64,000 nt of DNA, from the NCBI GenBank assembly GCA_900088475.1, contig FLMG01003788.1, positions 23,204 to 87,203 of the forward strand. Direction: 5' to 3'. Shown here one piece after another: positions 11,684 to 22,285 of the stretch. Below the pieces are notes generated by a model. The model made no database searches. It was given only the letters and a program-made list of their open reading frames with translations, and had not been told where the DNA came from. The position numbers and the translations under genes were made by a program. Numbering within the stretch: position 1 is the stretch's first letter; each line of letters begins with the position of its first letter. The stretch comes from Hyphochytrium catenoides. Its lineage: Eukaryota; Protista; Hyphochytriomycota.

Positions 11684-12222
11684 TCACTCTCTCTCTCTCT
11701 CTCCTTCACTCTCTTCTAATTATCTAACAGCCCACTAGCTGTCCCTCCTTTGCAAGCTCCCATCTAACGACACTGGATGTCCGTCACGGCAACTGGATGA
11801 CAAGGCAGAGCTCAGAGCTCAATCTCCGACTTACCCCTTACCCTTTCCTCAAGTCTCTCTCTTCTTCATTCTCGTCCGTTGTCTCTCTCGGAATATCCTC
11901 TTCTTCCCTCAAAAAGAGAAGCCGGTCGAAGGAAGAAGGAAGGGAAAGAGCATTACGTCTGTCACATAACGTCAGAGCCGGTTGCAGAGAACGACACACT
12001 CTTGAAAAGGAGAGAGAAAGATTAAGCTAAGTAGCAGTCTCCATCTTCCTAGTTACTCTCTCTCTCTCGCTTTTCCTCCCTTCTCTTCCCCTTTGTAGCG
12101 CAGCTCAGACACTTACACACGGACATTCAAGGGAGAAGAATAGTCCAGCAGCAGCCGCACAACAGGGACGAAGCGGGCGCAACGGAAAGAGAGAGACAGA
12201 GAGAGAGAGAAAGAAAAAGAGA

Positions 12223-14315
12223 ATGCGGATCCCCAACGCTACTTCTCCCAACCCGATCCCCACGGATGGCCGCCCAAACCCTGAGCTGTCCAACTTTCCC
12301 TCTCCCTTAGAGTACAACTGGTCCTTCTACTTCGCGCTGGTCTATCAAATCTTCATCTCTCTTCTCTCTCTCTCTCTCTTCTTCCGGTACACCAAGCACC
12401 GCCACCGCTTCCCCTGTACATTGCAGCCTTACCACCTGCAGGCCATCCTCATCCTCGCCCAGCCCTTCATCTCTCTCTCCTACACGCACTTCCATCTCTT
12501 CCCCAACGCTGTGCCCTGTGGTGCGCACATGTTCATCATGTACTTCCCTTTCCTCCTCTACGGCGCACCAGGGAGCGCCTCTAACTTGCGCTTCTTCTTC
12601 CTCTATCGTGCGCAATATCACATGGCGAGAGGCGAGTTTAATCACTTCTTCGTGCGGAAGAAAGAGCTGTTGAAAGGCTATAAGTTTGACTTTATCGTGC
12701 TGTTTTTTTATCTCTGTCTCACCGGCGCCTCGCCCATTGTCCGCGCCGCGCTGACCCCGGCCGAGGCGTTTGGAGAGCCAGTGTGGAAGCTGAGCTGCTC
12801 GTCTCTCTCTTCGGGACAGTTTGCCGCGCATGTCATCTCGTCCTGGGCCTCTGTCTCCTCAAACCGACGAGTTGCTGGGCTGATGAAAGAGGTGCGAGCG
12901 TCTTCTGATTTGTCTTCTCTCTTTCTTCTTCATTCAGGGCTTTTTTGTCTCTCTCTCTCTCCGCCTCTCTTCTCCTTTCATGAAAGTCCTCCATCCTGGC
13001 CAGCGTCTATAATGTTACTGGTCATCGACTCGCTCTCTCTCTCTTCTTCTTCTTGGGTTGAGGAGTGTCTTTCTTTATTTCTCTCTCTGTTCTTCAACAT
13101 TTCGACTTTCTTCCTTGCTTCTCTATGTATAACGGTTCCCTATGGACTCTAACATTTGTTCTTCTCTTTCAATTCTCCCTCTGTTTCTCTCCCTCTGTTT
13201 CTCCTCATCTGTTTCGCTTCCTCTGTTACTCTCTCTCTCTCTGTGTTTCTCTCCCTCTGTTTCTCTCCGTCTGTTTCTCTCTCTGTCTCTGTCTCTCTCT
13301 CTCCTCTCTCTCTCTCTGTCTCTGTCTCTGTCTCTGTCTCTTCCCTCTCTCTCTTATCTCTCTCTGTCTCTCTCTCGCTGTCTCTCTCTCTCTCTCTCTC
13401 ATTCTCCAGGTGAAAGAGAGCTACCCATTCCGTGAAAGATATCGCAAGGTGACGAAGCCGATGGCGTACTCTCTTCTCTTCTCTCAGCTTCCCTACTGGC
13501 TCAAACAGTTCTGGACCGACGCCTCTCCCTCTATTTTCAACAACATCGTCTGGGTCTGTTTCTTCATTTGGAGCGCCGCCTATTCTCTCCCCATGCTTTA
13601 CTATTTCCATTACAAGGTCTCTCAGGACGCAGCGAATGGATATGTACCGGTAAGAGAGAAAGAGAGAGAAAGAAAGAGAGAGAGAGAGAGANNNNNNNNN
13701 NNNNNNNNNNNNNNNNNNNNNNNGAGAGAGAGAGAGAGAGAGAGAGTTAGAGTTTGTGCGCGGAAAGGGCGGGAAGGTGCCGAGGTTCGGAAGAGGATCA
13801 CTTGATGTCGATAGAGAAGAGAGAAACGATTGTTAGAAGGTTGCACAAGCTGCAAGTCTCTCTCTTACCCTTTCTCTCTCTCTCTCTTTCTCTTCGACTC
13901 TATTGGATTCATCGTAGCCTCACTTCCGGTTACTACGTTTAGCAAGCTCTAACCTTTCTTTTGTCCTTCACTCTTCACTCTCTCGCTCCTAATCTCTTTT
14001 CGTTCTCTCTCTCTCTTTTTCTCTCTCTCTCTCTCTCTNNNNNNNNNNNNNNNNNNNNNNNNNNNNNNNNNNNNNNNNNNNNNNNNTCTCTCCCTCTCTC
14101 TCTCTCTCTCTCACTGGCAGCCTGTCGCCATGTCTTCCGACCGGTCGAACCGTAAAGTGGAGGCTGTAGAAGTCACAAAGACGACCGGGAAGAAGTTCAA
14201 AAAGGCGACCACGCCTTCAGAACTGAGAGAGATTCTTCTTGGAGATGAGGAAGCCGCACACGGTGAGATGAACAGCACTCGAGAAAGACAGACATAGTAT
14301 GGGTGTACAAGAAAG

Positions 14316-14378
<63 letters not shown>

Positions 14379-15112
14379 TACATCTTTCGGCCACGGCGTT
14401 TACTAAGGCCGCCTTTTTAAACCGATGTGTCTTTACCGTCTCTCACCCTCTCTTTCTCTCTCTCTCTTTCTCTCTCCCCCTCTCTCTCTCTCTCTCTCCC
14501 TCTCTCTCTCTCTCCCTCTCCGCCATATCTGCGGTCGCGTGGCTATAGCCTTTCAGCTGTACCTGGTGCGTGAGCTTTGTGTGGAGAACATGTTATTCTT
14601 CAACGCAGTAACCAAGTTCAGGAAGGAACTCTGCCAAACAGGTGAGGGCTCCACACGTCCGCAATGTCTCTTCCCATGTGTTTCTTTTCCTGTATCTCTC
14701 TCTTTTTCTCTTTCTGTCTCTCTCTTCTTATCTCTTCGCGCTCCCTTCTTTCATATCTATCCTATTTTTTACTTCTTGTCTTGGTACGGTTCTGACGGGG
14801 GTGTCTGGCTGTACATGCTGGCACTTTCTTTCTCCTCTTCTTCTTCTTCTCTCACATCTCATATCTCTCTCTCTCTTTCTTCCTTTTCTCCCTCTCTTAC
14901 TTTTCTATCTCCGTCTCTCTCTCTCCTTTGCCTCTCCTTTGCCTCTCTCTCGCCCTCTTCTCTCTTCTTCTCTTTCTTCCTTTTCTCTCTTTTACCTTTC
15001 TCTCCATTTTTCTCTGTCTCCCGCACACTCTCTCTCTCCTTTTCTCTCTCTCTCTCACTNNNNNNNNNNNNNNNNNNNNNNNNNNNNNNNNNNNNNNNNN
15101 NNNNNNNNNNNN

Positions 15113-15153
<41 letters not shown>

Positions 15154-15453
15154 GCTGAGGGGCGTAAAGCAGCCCAACAGCTGTGTGAGGAGTATATCAA
15201 AGTTGGCTCTCCCTACGAAGTGAATGTCAGTCATTCCTGCAGAGTTCAGACCTTGAAGGCCGTGGACGGGCATCTCTCTTCCGGAGCGGGAGAGAAGAGA
15301 GAGACAGAAGGTCCCTTTCCTGCCCCGGATGTCTTCCAGCGGTGTGAGGAAGAAGTGCATAAGATGATGCTGGAGCCGTATCAGCGATTTGTCATGAGAA
15401 GAGCGTCCTCCGCTGATCTTAGCGCCATCGTCGCTAAGAGCAGGGAAGAATAG
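12223..15453 (+). CDS. 7TM-RGS protein (multi-pass N-terminus plus C-terminal RGS domain); exons 12223-12891, 13410-13649, 14121-14262, 14549-14641, 15155-15453; ~480 aa
   Basis: All four introns are GT-AG with consistent phases (0,0,1,1). The spliced product reads LREILLGDEEAAHAFQLYLVRELCVENMLFFNAVTKFRK ... YIKVGSPYEVNVS ... FQRCEEEVHKMMLEPYQRF, matching the RGS helical motifs. About seven hydrophobic segments lie upstream (the fifth is weak). Confidence 0.88.
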
Positions 15454-15513
15454 GGTGTGAGGGGGAGAGAGAGAGAGAAAGAGAAAGAGAGAGAGAGNNN
15501 NNNNNNNNNNNNN

Positions 15514-15546
<33 letters not shown>

Positions 15547-15923
15547 GTAATGGAGATGGTGGAGGAGGAAGACTGTGTATTATGTTAGGGTCATATAATA
15601 TATATTTTTTGGTATATTCAGCACCAGCTGGTTCTTCCAAGACGCACTGCCGCCTACCGCTCTCTCTTTCTCTTCTTCCCTGTCTTTCCTCTCTCGCCTC
15701 TCGCATTGCTGCTACAATTCAGTGAAGGCATCTCTTTCCTCTCTCTCTCTCTCTTTCGCTTTCTTTCGTTCTTCTATACTCTATTCTATGGCTGTGGAGG
15801 CGCTTGTGGCCGACCTTAGACGGGGCTCTTATCTTCTCCCTCTCTTCCTCTTCAAGACCATCACCGTCTTCCTTCTCTCCATACCATAATGTCCCTCTCT
15901 CTACTCTTCCTTGTTTCCCATCT

Positions 15924-15959
<36 letters not shown>

Positions 15960-16392
15960 TAACTCTCTGTCATAGAGAGAGACTGAACGTCTTAAAGAAA
16001 GAGACAGAGGAGAGACACGAAAGGAAAGACAAAGACCACCTCCTGACAGAGTCACTGGTTCTATCATAATTTAGTAGATGAGAAAGAGAGACTCGCCTGC
16101 GTTGACCCTTGTTTCTCTTTCACTTCTTGTGCTCTCTCTTCTTCTCTCTTCCTGCGCTCTTCCACAAAAAGTCTATGATGCCCTCTCTTTTAATGCTCTG
16201 CTCTCTCTCCTGCTCTTCATTCTCTCTCTCCTCTTTTCGCTCTCTCTTCTATCTCTTGTTTCTCTTTGTTCCCAACATTGGGGAGAGAGAGAGGGAGTGA
16301 GAGAGAGAGAGGGAAGGAGAGAAGAGCAAGTAAGCGAATGGAAAAGGACAGAGAGAGAGAGTCCATGATCAACCATCTTTGGCCAGGTCTTC

Positions 16393-18281
16393 CTACTCTC
16401 TCTCTTCCCAAAGAGAGAGAACTCTCGCGGTAGAGAGAGGCTCGGCGGAGAGAGCGGAGGAGAGAGATGCCCGTCTTCCAGGGGAAAGCCCACTGCTGCT
16501 GCCACCAGGGATGGAGAGAGAAGAGAGAGGAGGGGCAGGGGAGAGAGAGCTGATCGCTGCTGAGAGAGAGAGGGAAGTTGATCCCAAAGAGGATCGCCTT
16601 GTTTCTGAGGAAGAGGAGAGAGAAGAGAGAGGTGCAGCCTGACAGGAAGAGAAAGTAGCCGGTGGATCTGGAGAAGAGAGACTCTTTCTGTGTCGAGGAG
16701 GTGAAGAGAGAGACTCTCCGGCTCCGGAAGAGAGAGGAGGAGGAAAAGGAACGTCGATTGCAGGAGGAGAGAATGAAGAAAAAGAAGGAGAAGACGGCAT
16801 AATAGGAGGAGAGAGAGAAGAAGAAATGGGAGGAGGAAGAGTGAAATCAGCAGTTTTATACGGGGGAGAGAGTGAGAGAGAAGGAATACCGGATGAAGTG
16901 ACGGGAGAGGAAGCAGAAGCAGAGAGAGAAAGAGGAGGAGGAGAGAGAGAAGAAGAGAGAGACGACGAAGAGGACGGAGCAGGAGAAGAGAGAAGAGGCA
17001 CCTCCAGGACTCTCATCCGGCTCCTCAGTAAAACACAGTCATTGGGATGCTGGAAGGCCAAGAAAGTCGCTTTCCCCATGAGCATCAGGACCGAAAGGCC
17101 TCGATTTAAACAGAAGTCCACCACGGACATCGTCCACATCTCTCTCTCTCTCTCTCCTCCCTCTTCCCCGTCTTCCACACAGACTCTGTCTTCTCTCTCT
17201 TCCACCAACAGCCGTCCGTCCCGTAAGTCGATCCTGTAGGAACACATGTGAGGAGGGAGACCGAGGTAGATGAGAATGAGATAAGAAGAGAAAAGAGACA
17301 CCAGATGATCAGCGCGACTCTCATACTCTTTCTCACGGCCACAGGATAGCTGTCATACATGAGAAAGGCTTGAGAGAAAGAGAAGACAAGCGTGAACGAG
17401 AAGAGCCACGCGGAGAGAGAGAAACAGAAGACGCCTGCAATGGAGAGAGAGAAGAGAGACATCTCTGCAAGAAAGAGCAGCGCGTCCACTGTTCCTAATG
17501 ACCGAGAAAGAAGAGCGAGATTCCAGAGAGAAGACTGCCGAAGAAAGAGAAAGGCCGCGCAGAAGACATGAGGGAGAACCAGCATCTGTCTCTCTCTCTC
17601 TGTCATCGGAAGTAATAGATAACAATAGTAAATGGTGCCTCCGGAGAAGAAGAGAGAGAAAGAGAGAAGACTGCTGCTCATGACTTTTCTCCATCGCCAC
17701 CAAAAGAGAAAGAAGTCTCTCCCGAAAAAGCCTTCCATCACGGAGACGTTGCTCTCTCTCTCTGTCAGCTCTGTGTAGGTGCGGACAGGAGTCATGAAGA
17801 GAAGCCTCTCCTTTCGCATTCTCCCTTCTTTCTCTCTTTCTGTTTTCTTCTCTCTTCCGGTCTTCCCCTCCCTCTCTCTCCTTTTATCGTCTCCCCTCTT
17901 TGTCGCTTGTGAACGCTGTGTCTCTTCCTTAAAAATGCCGATGCGAGACTCCTTGTCCTCTTTCTTTGGAGAGAAGAGAGAGAGAGACTGTCCGATGCTG
18001 TTTTTCTCTGGTTCTTCGTCTGGAAGAGATGGAGAAGGGAAGACACGCCTGTTGTCTCTCTCTTCTGTTTTGTTTCTCTCTTCTCCTTCTCTTCCTCTTC
18101 TTCTCCTCTCGTCTTCTTCTGCTCCTGCTCCTCGGAGAACATTGTCAATTTCTTCTCTCGCTTGAGAGAGAAACTTCTTGGAAGAATGGTTCAGAGGAGG
18201 ACGCGTGCGAAGATGCTGCGTCAGCTTGAGAGAGAGCGTGCACGTGGTGCAAGAGAGATCTTCTACAAGTGGAGAGATCAT
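16393..18281 (-). pseudogene. Membrane-protein family copy 1, broken by a 1-nt frameshift (pseudogene or assembly error)
   Basis: ORFs 17106-18425 and 16393-17301 together carry the family motifs (AREEID, MTPVRTYTEL..ESN, YDSYPV..RK.MR, DFCLNRG.SVLMLM, AFQHPNDC..RSR). There are 29 nt instead of 30 between W and IY; one extra A in the run at 17291-17294 restores the frame. Confidence 0.8.
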
Positions 18282-20035
18282 CCTCCTTATCCAAGAGAAG
18301 GGGGAGGACAAGAGAGAGAAGAGAGAGAGGGAGAGAGAAAGAGAAAGGGAACGGAGGGGAAGGAGAGAGAGAGAGACCGCTGGCGCCGTTGCTTTCCTCT
18401 CTAGATCTTTGGCTTGAGGTGTCAATCAACGTATAGACATCTCTCCTTCTTCTATAGAAGAAACGAGAAGCCAGGAAAGAGAATCAAGCAGAAGGCGGAG
18501 AAGAGAGAAGAGAAAAAAGAGTAATAAAGAGACAGAGAAAAGAGGTTTGAAGAGAGCGTAAGTTAAGATTTCTGTCGTCTGCCGCGAGTGGCCGCGGTGG
18601 GGCCTACCAAGGGGAACATTAGTCGTAGATTGGTGTCTGTGTCTCTTCTTCTTTCTGTCTCTCTCTATCTCTTTCGTCCTCTCTCTCTCTCTCTCCTCTA
18701 TTATCCCAGTGTCAAATCTAACCACCGCATCAGCAGTTTTCTCCCTCTTCTTTCTCTCTCTCTATTTCCTCTGCCCTCCTCTTCCTTGCGTACCTTTTGA
18801 GTGACCAGTGATGACGAGGGACACGGGGACAGGAGAGGGAACAATGAAGCCAAACTTATACACGGAGAAAGACAGAGAAATGAGAGAAATGGTGTCAAGT
18901 GCGAGACGGAAGAGAGAAGCCAGGACACTGCAGTTTGGTGTGAAGTCAAGTGATTGGAGGGCAGAGAGAAAGCAAGCAATAGATAGTTCTGAGAGCGGGA
19001 GAGAAAGGAGAGAGAGAGGGAAAGAGAGAGAGAGAGGGTAAGAGAGAGAAGAGAGTGGGAGGGAGGGAGAGAGAGACAGAGAGAGACACAGAGAGAGAGA
19101 CAGAGAGAGACACAGAGAGAGAAGAGACACACAGAGAGAGAAAGAGACAGAGAGAGAGACACACAGAGGGAGAGAGCGAGAGAGAGAGAGAGAGAGGGAG
19201 AGAGACACTTTGATGAGGGGGTCCCAGAGCAAAAAAAAGATGCGTAGACATAATACCGAATAATGATATTGTTTATGTGATATACCTGGCATTTTATTCC
19301 TAACATGAACGACCGTTACATGTGTGGAGGGTCATGAAGTGCACTCGTCATCTCCTACTGTCACCTGCTGGCTGACAATATTGGTCTTCTGGCTCCTGTT
19401 GCTTCCAATCAATGACTCTTCTTTGTGAGAATCAGAAGATGATGATGGACCCAACAACCACCAATCGGCAGCTCGCTGCCTAGTAGTTATTAATCATCAG
19501 CAAGGCGAAGGCTGCCGGCGAGCCAAGGGCGGTAGAGGAGTAAGAGTTATTATGCCACTACTTATATTTTTAGAAATTGCTGTTATTAATAATAGTGGCA
19601 CTATGACGCTGAATGAATGAAGTTGGTGAGGTTGTCCTTCTCCTTCCATCATCATCTAGATATGACGAGCTGATCGCTATCATCATCATCACTGCTTGTT
19701 GTTACGGTGTGGTGGGTGGTGTGGAGGTGGTTAAGATGTGTTGCCTGCTGCTGCTGCTGCATGCTGTTCTTCATTAGTGTGGCAGGAAAGAAGGCGCAAT
19801 ACCATCACCACCACCACCACCTCCTGCTGCTGCTTGTGGTGCCTCTACGTGCTGCGCAGTAGTAGTATACACCTGCCATAGGTACTCATTGTTCGCCAAC
19901 TATGACGCTGCCCTTCTTCTCTGTTCTACTACCACCTCTTCTTTTTCTCAAATTCACTATAATCTTGTAATTTTATGTTGATTGGTGTTGTGGTCCTAGA
20001 TATTTTTTGGCGGCTGCTGTCGTCGAACGGACCAA

Positions 20036-20096
20036 CACAGAAGGAGAAGAAGGAGGAGTGTCCCATCACAGAAGGAGAAGAAGGAGGAGTGTTCCC
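20036..20096. repeat. Two-copy ~31-bp tandem repeat (cacagaaggagaagaaggaggagtgt)
   Basis: Direct repeat read in the sequence. Confidence 0.75.
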
Positions 20097-21336
20097 TTCT
20101 CCCAAATGATGATGATATTATAACATCATCACATAAATAATCTAGAGGAGGAGGAAGAAGAAGGCATATTGATAAGGAGGTAGTAGCGGCGTGCGTGGGG
20201 CGGCTGCGCGATAAATAGTTTCTGCTAGGCTGCTGTTATTATCCTGAAGAAGAAGAAGAGACTGCTTGCTCGAGCTGCAGCGGCCGCCGCCGCCGCTGCC
20301 CTACCTGCTGGCAGTAGTGCACGTAGCGCTCAACTCAACGCTTGTTGGTTGGAAACTTTATTCGTTCCTAGTAGTTAGACTTGCGAGAACCCAAGAATTG
20401 AGCATGGCGGCCAAGTAATTCAAGTATATCTACAAGTACCCGTCCTGCAGCAGATATCTCCTTGTGATTTTGGTACTTACTGTCTGTCACTACTCCTTCA
20501 AGTACAAGTTTTTTTTGAGACTTGTGTTCTTAGCCATCGTCGTTATTCTCGGGTTTTTATAATAATTGGAGATGGCTTTGAGAGTGTCAGAGTATTCCAG
20601 GTACTAAAACTCCCTGTTCAATTAAGTGCCACCCTAAGTTCGGGTGTACTACTTTCGGCTCTGTCACTGTATTGTTGTACCTGTAAAAACCCCAGCGTTA
20701 TCTATAAAAACCCTTTACTTGGTGACAAAACGCAGACTCCAACAGCTGGGAAAAGGCGAGCTGCCAGCTGTGAGTCGAGCTCCTATCACTCCCTCCAAAC
20801 GCAGACCATAAGGCAAATAACAGTATCCTTTACAGGGCTGTTAAAATGAAAGACACAAGCTTTTCAAACCTCAAACGTTGATTATGACCCGCTCTGTCTG
20901 GTGGTATCCGTTTATGTGCCACACTCTTGTTCCTTCGTTGTCTCTTGGTTCAAGAATCAGACACACAACCATTTGTTCCAAACCCACAGTCTCATTATCC
21001 CACCCAAACTACAGACAAACGCGGTGAGATAACTCACACACGCTTTACTACATTCCCTTGACAACATTCTTTGGCCCCATCTCCTCTTCCTCTGTCTCTC
21101 TCTTAACCCGTCCCTTTCTGCCGTACGTTGTCTCTCACTATCCTCTGTCTTGGTGCTTCCTCCCTGTCTTCCATCTTTTCTCTCTCTCTCTCTCTCTCAC
21201 TCTCTTTTCACTCTCTCTCTTTCTCTCTCTCTATCGTTCTCTCTTCCCTCTCTCCTCTCTCTTTTTCTCTCTCCTCTCTCTTTTTCTCTCTCTCTCTCTT
21301 CTCGCCCCTTGTTTCTAACACACACCCACATTCTCG

Positions 21337-21408
<72 letters not shown>

Positions 21409-21735
21409 CTTTCTGGATCATCAGGACCAGCTGGCAGGAAAAACGACTCCCTAAGGTTGTGGCTGGATTGTGATTGCCAACGGCACAACAGGGAAGATCA
21501 TGCAGTGGTTCTACTCGTATTCACCAGAGTCCAAAAGATCTTCTTCTTTCTCTCTCTCTCTCTCTCTCTCTCTTTTCTCTCTCTCTCGCTCTCTCTCTCC
21601 CTCTCTCTTTTCTGGATCATCATGACCAGCTGGCAGGAAAAACGACTCCCAAAGGATGCGGCTGGATTGTGATTGCCAAGGGCACAACAGGGAAGACCAT
21701 GCAGTGGTTCTATCACCATGAGTCTAAAAGATCTT
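21409..21735. repeat. Tandem duplication of a ~130-bp unique unit, each copy embedded in (CT)n
   Basis: ttctggatcatca.gaccagctggcaggaaaaacgactccc...gagtc.aaaagatcttc occurs at about 21409-21543 and 21608-21735 with few differences. Confidence 0.9.
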
Positions 21736-21760
21736 CCTTCCATCACATCTCTCTCTCTCC

Positions 21761-21838
<78 letters not shown>

Positions 21839-22285
21839 CAGCATCGCTTGTATTGTAAGTGGGACACAGAGCGGGAGACAGTATCCTCAACAACTATCAC
21901 CAGCTCTCAGCTGGTCACAGATTGGAGAACCGAACTGAAGGGAGAAGAGAGAGGAGAGAGACAAGGAGAGGACCTAAAAGACGGGGTGGATACTACTCCC
22001 GCACTCGCCCTTCTCCCAGTCCTTAGTCTTAAATTTTCCCGCTCCATAAGAAGACAGAAATAGCCTCATCATCATAAGCTTCAAAAGTCTCTCTCTGTAT
22101 CACCGTTAATACTTATCCTCTCCTACTACTCATTGCCAACTAAGTCATTTCTCTCTCACTCTTTCTCTCTCTCTCTCTCTCTTTCGTTCTGTCTCCGTGT
22201 CTCGCCCCTTCCATCAGATCTCTCCGAATCTCTTTATAATATCTCTCCGGCGTAGGCTCTGCCACCTATCTCTTCCTCGCGCAGC

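Noticed and set aside
14425-15453. 342-aa ORF as a standalone hydrophobic protein
   Set aside because: It is RGS exons 4 and 5 joined by a CT-rich intron containing an N gap.
21409-21735. Repeat considered as CRISPR array or mutually exclusive exons
   Set aside because: Only two long units with microsatellite spacers, no cas genes, and no AG/GT splice boundaries at unit ends.
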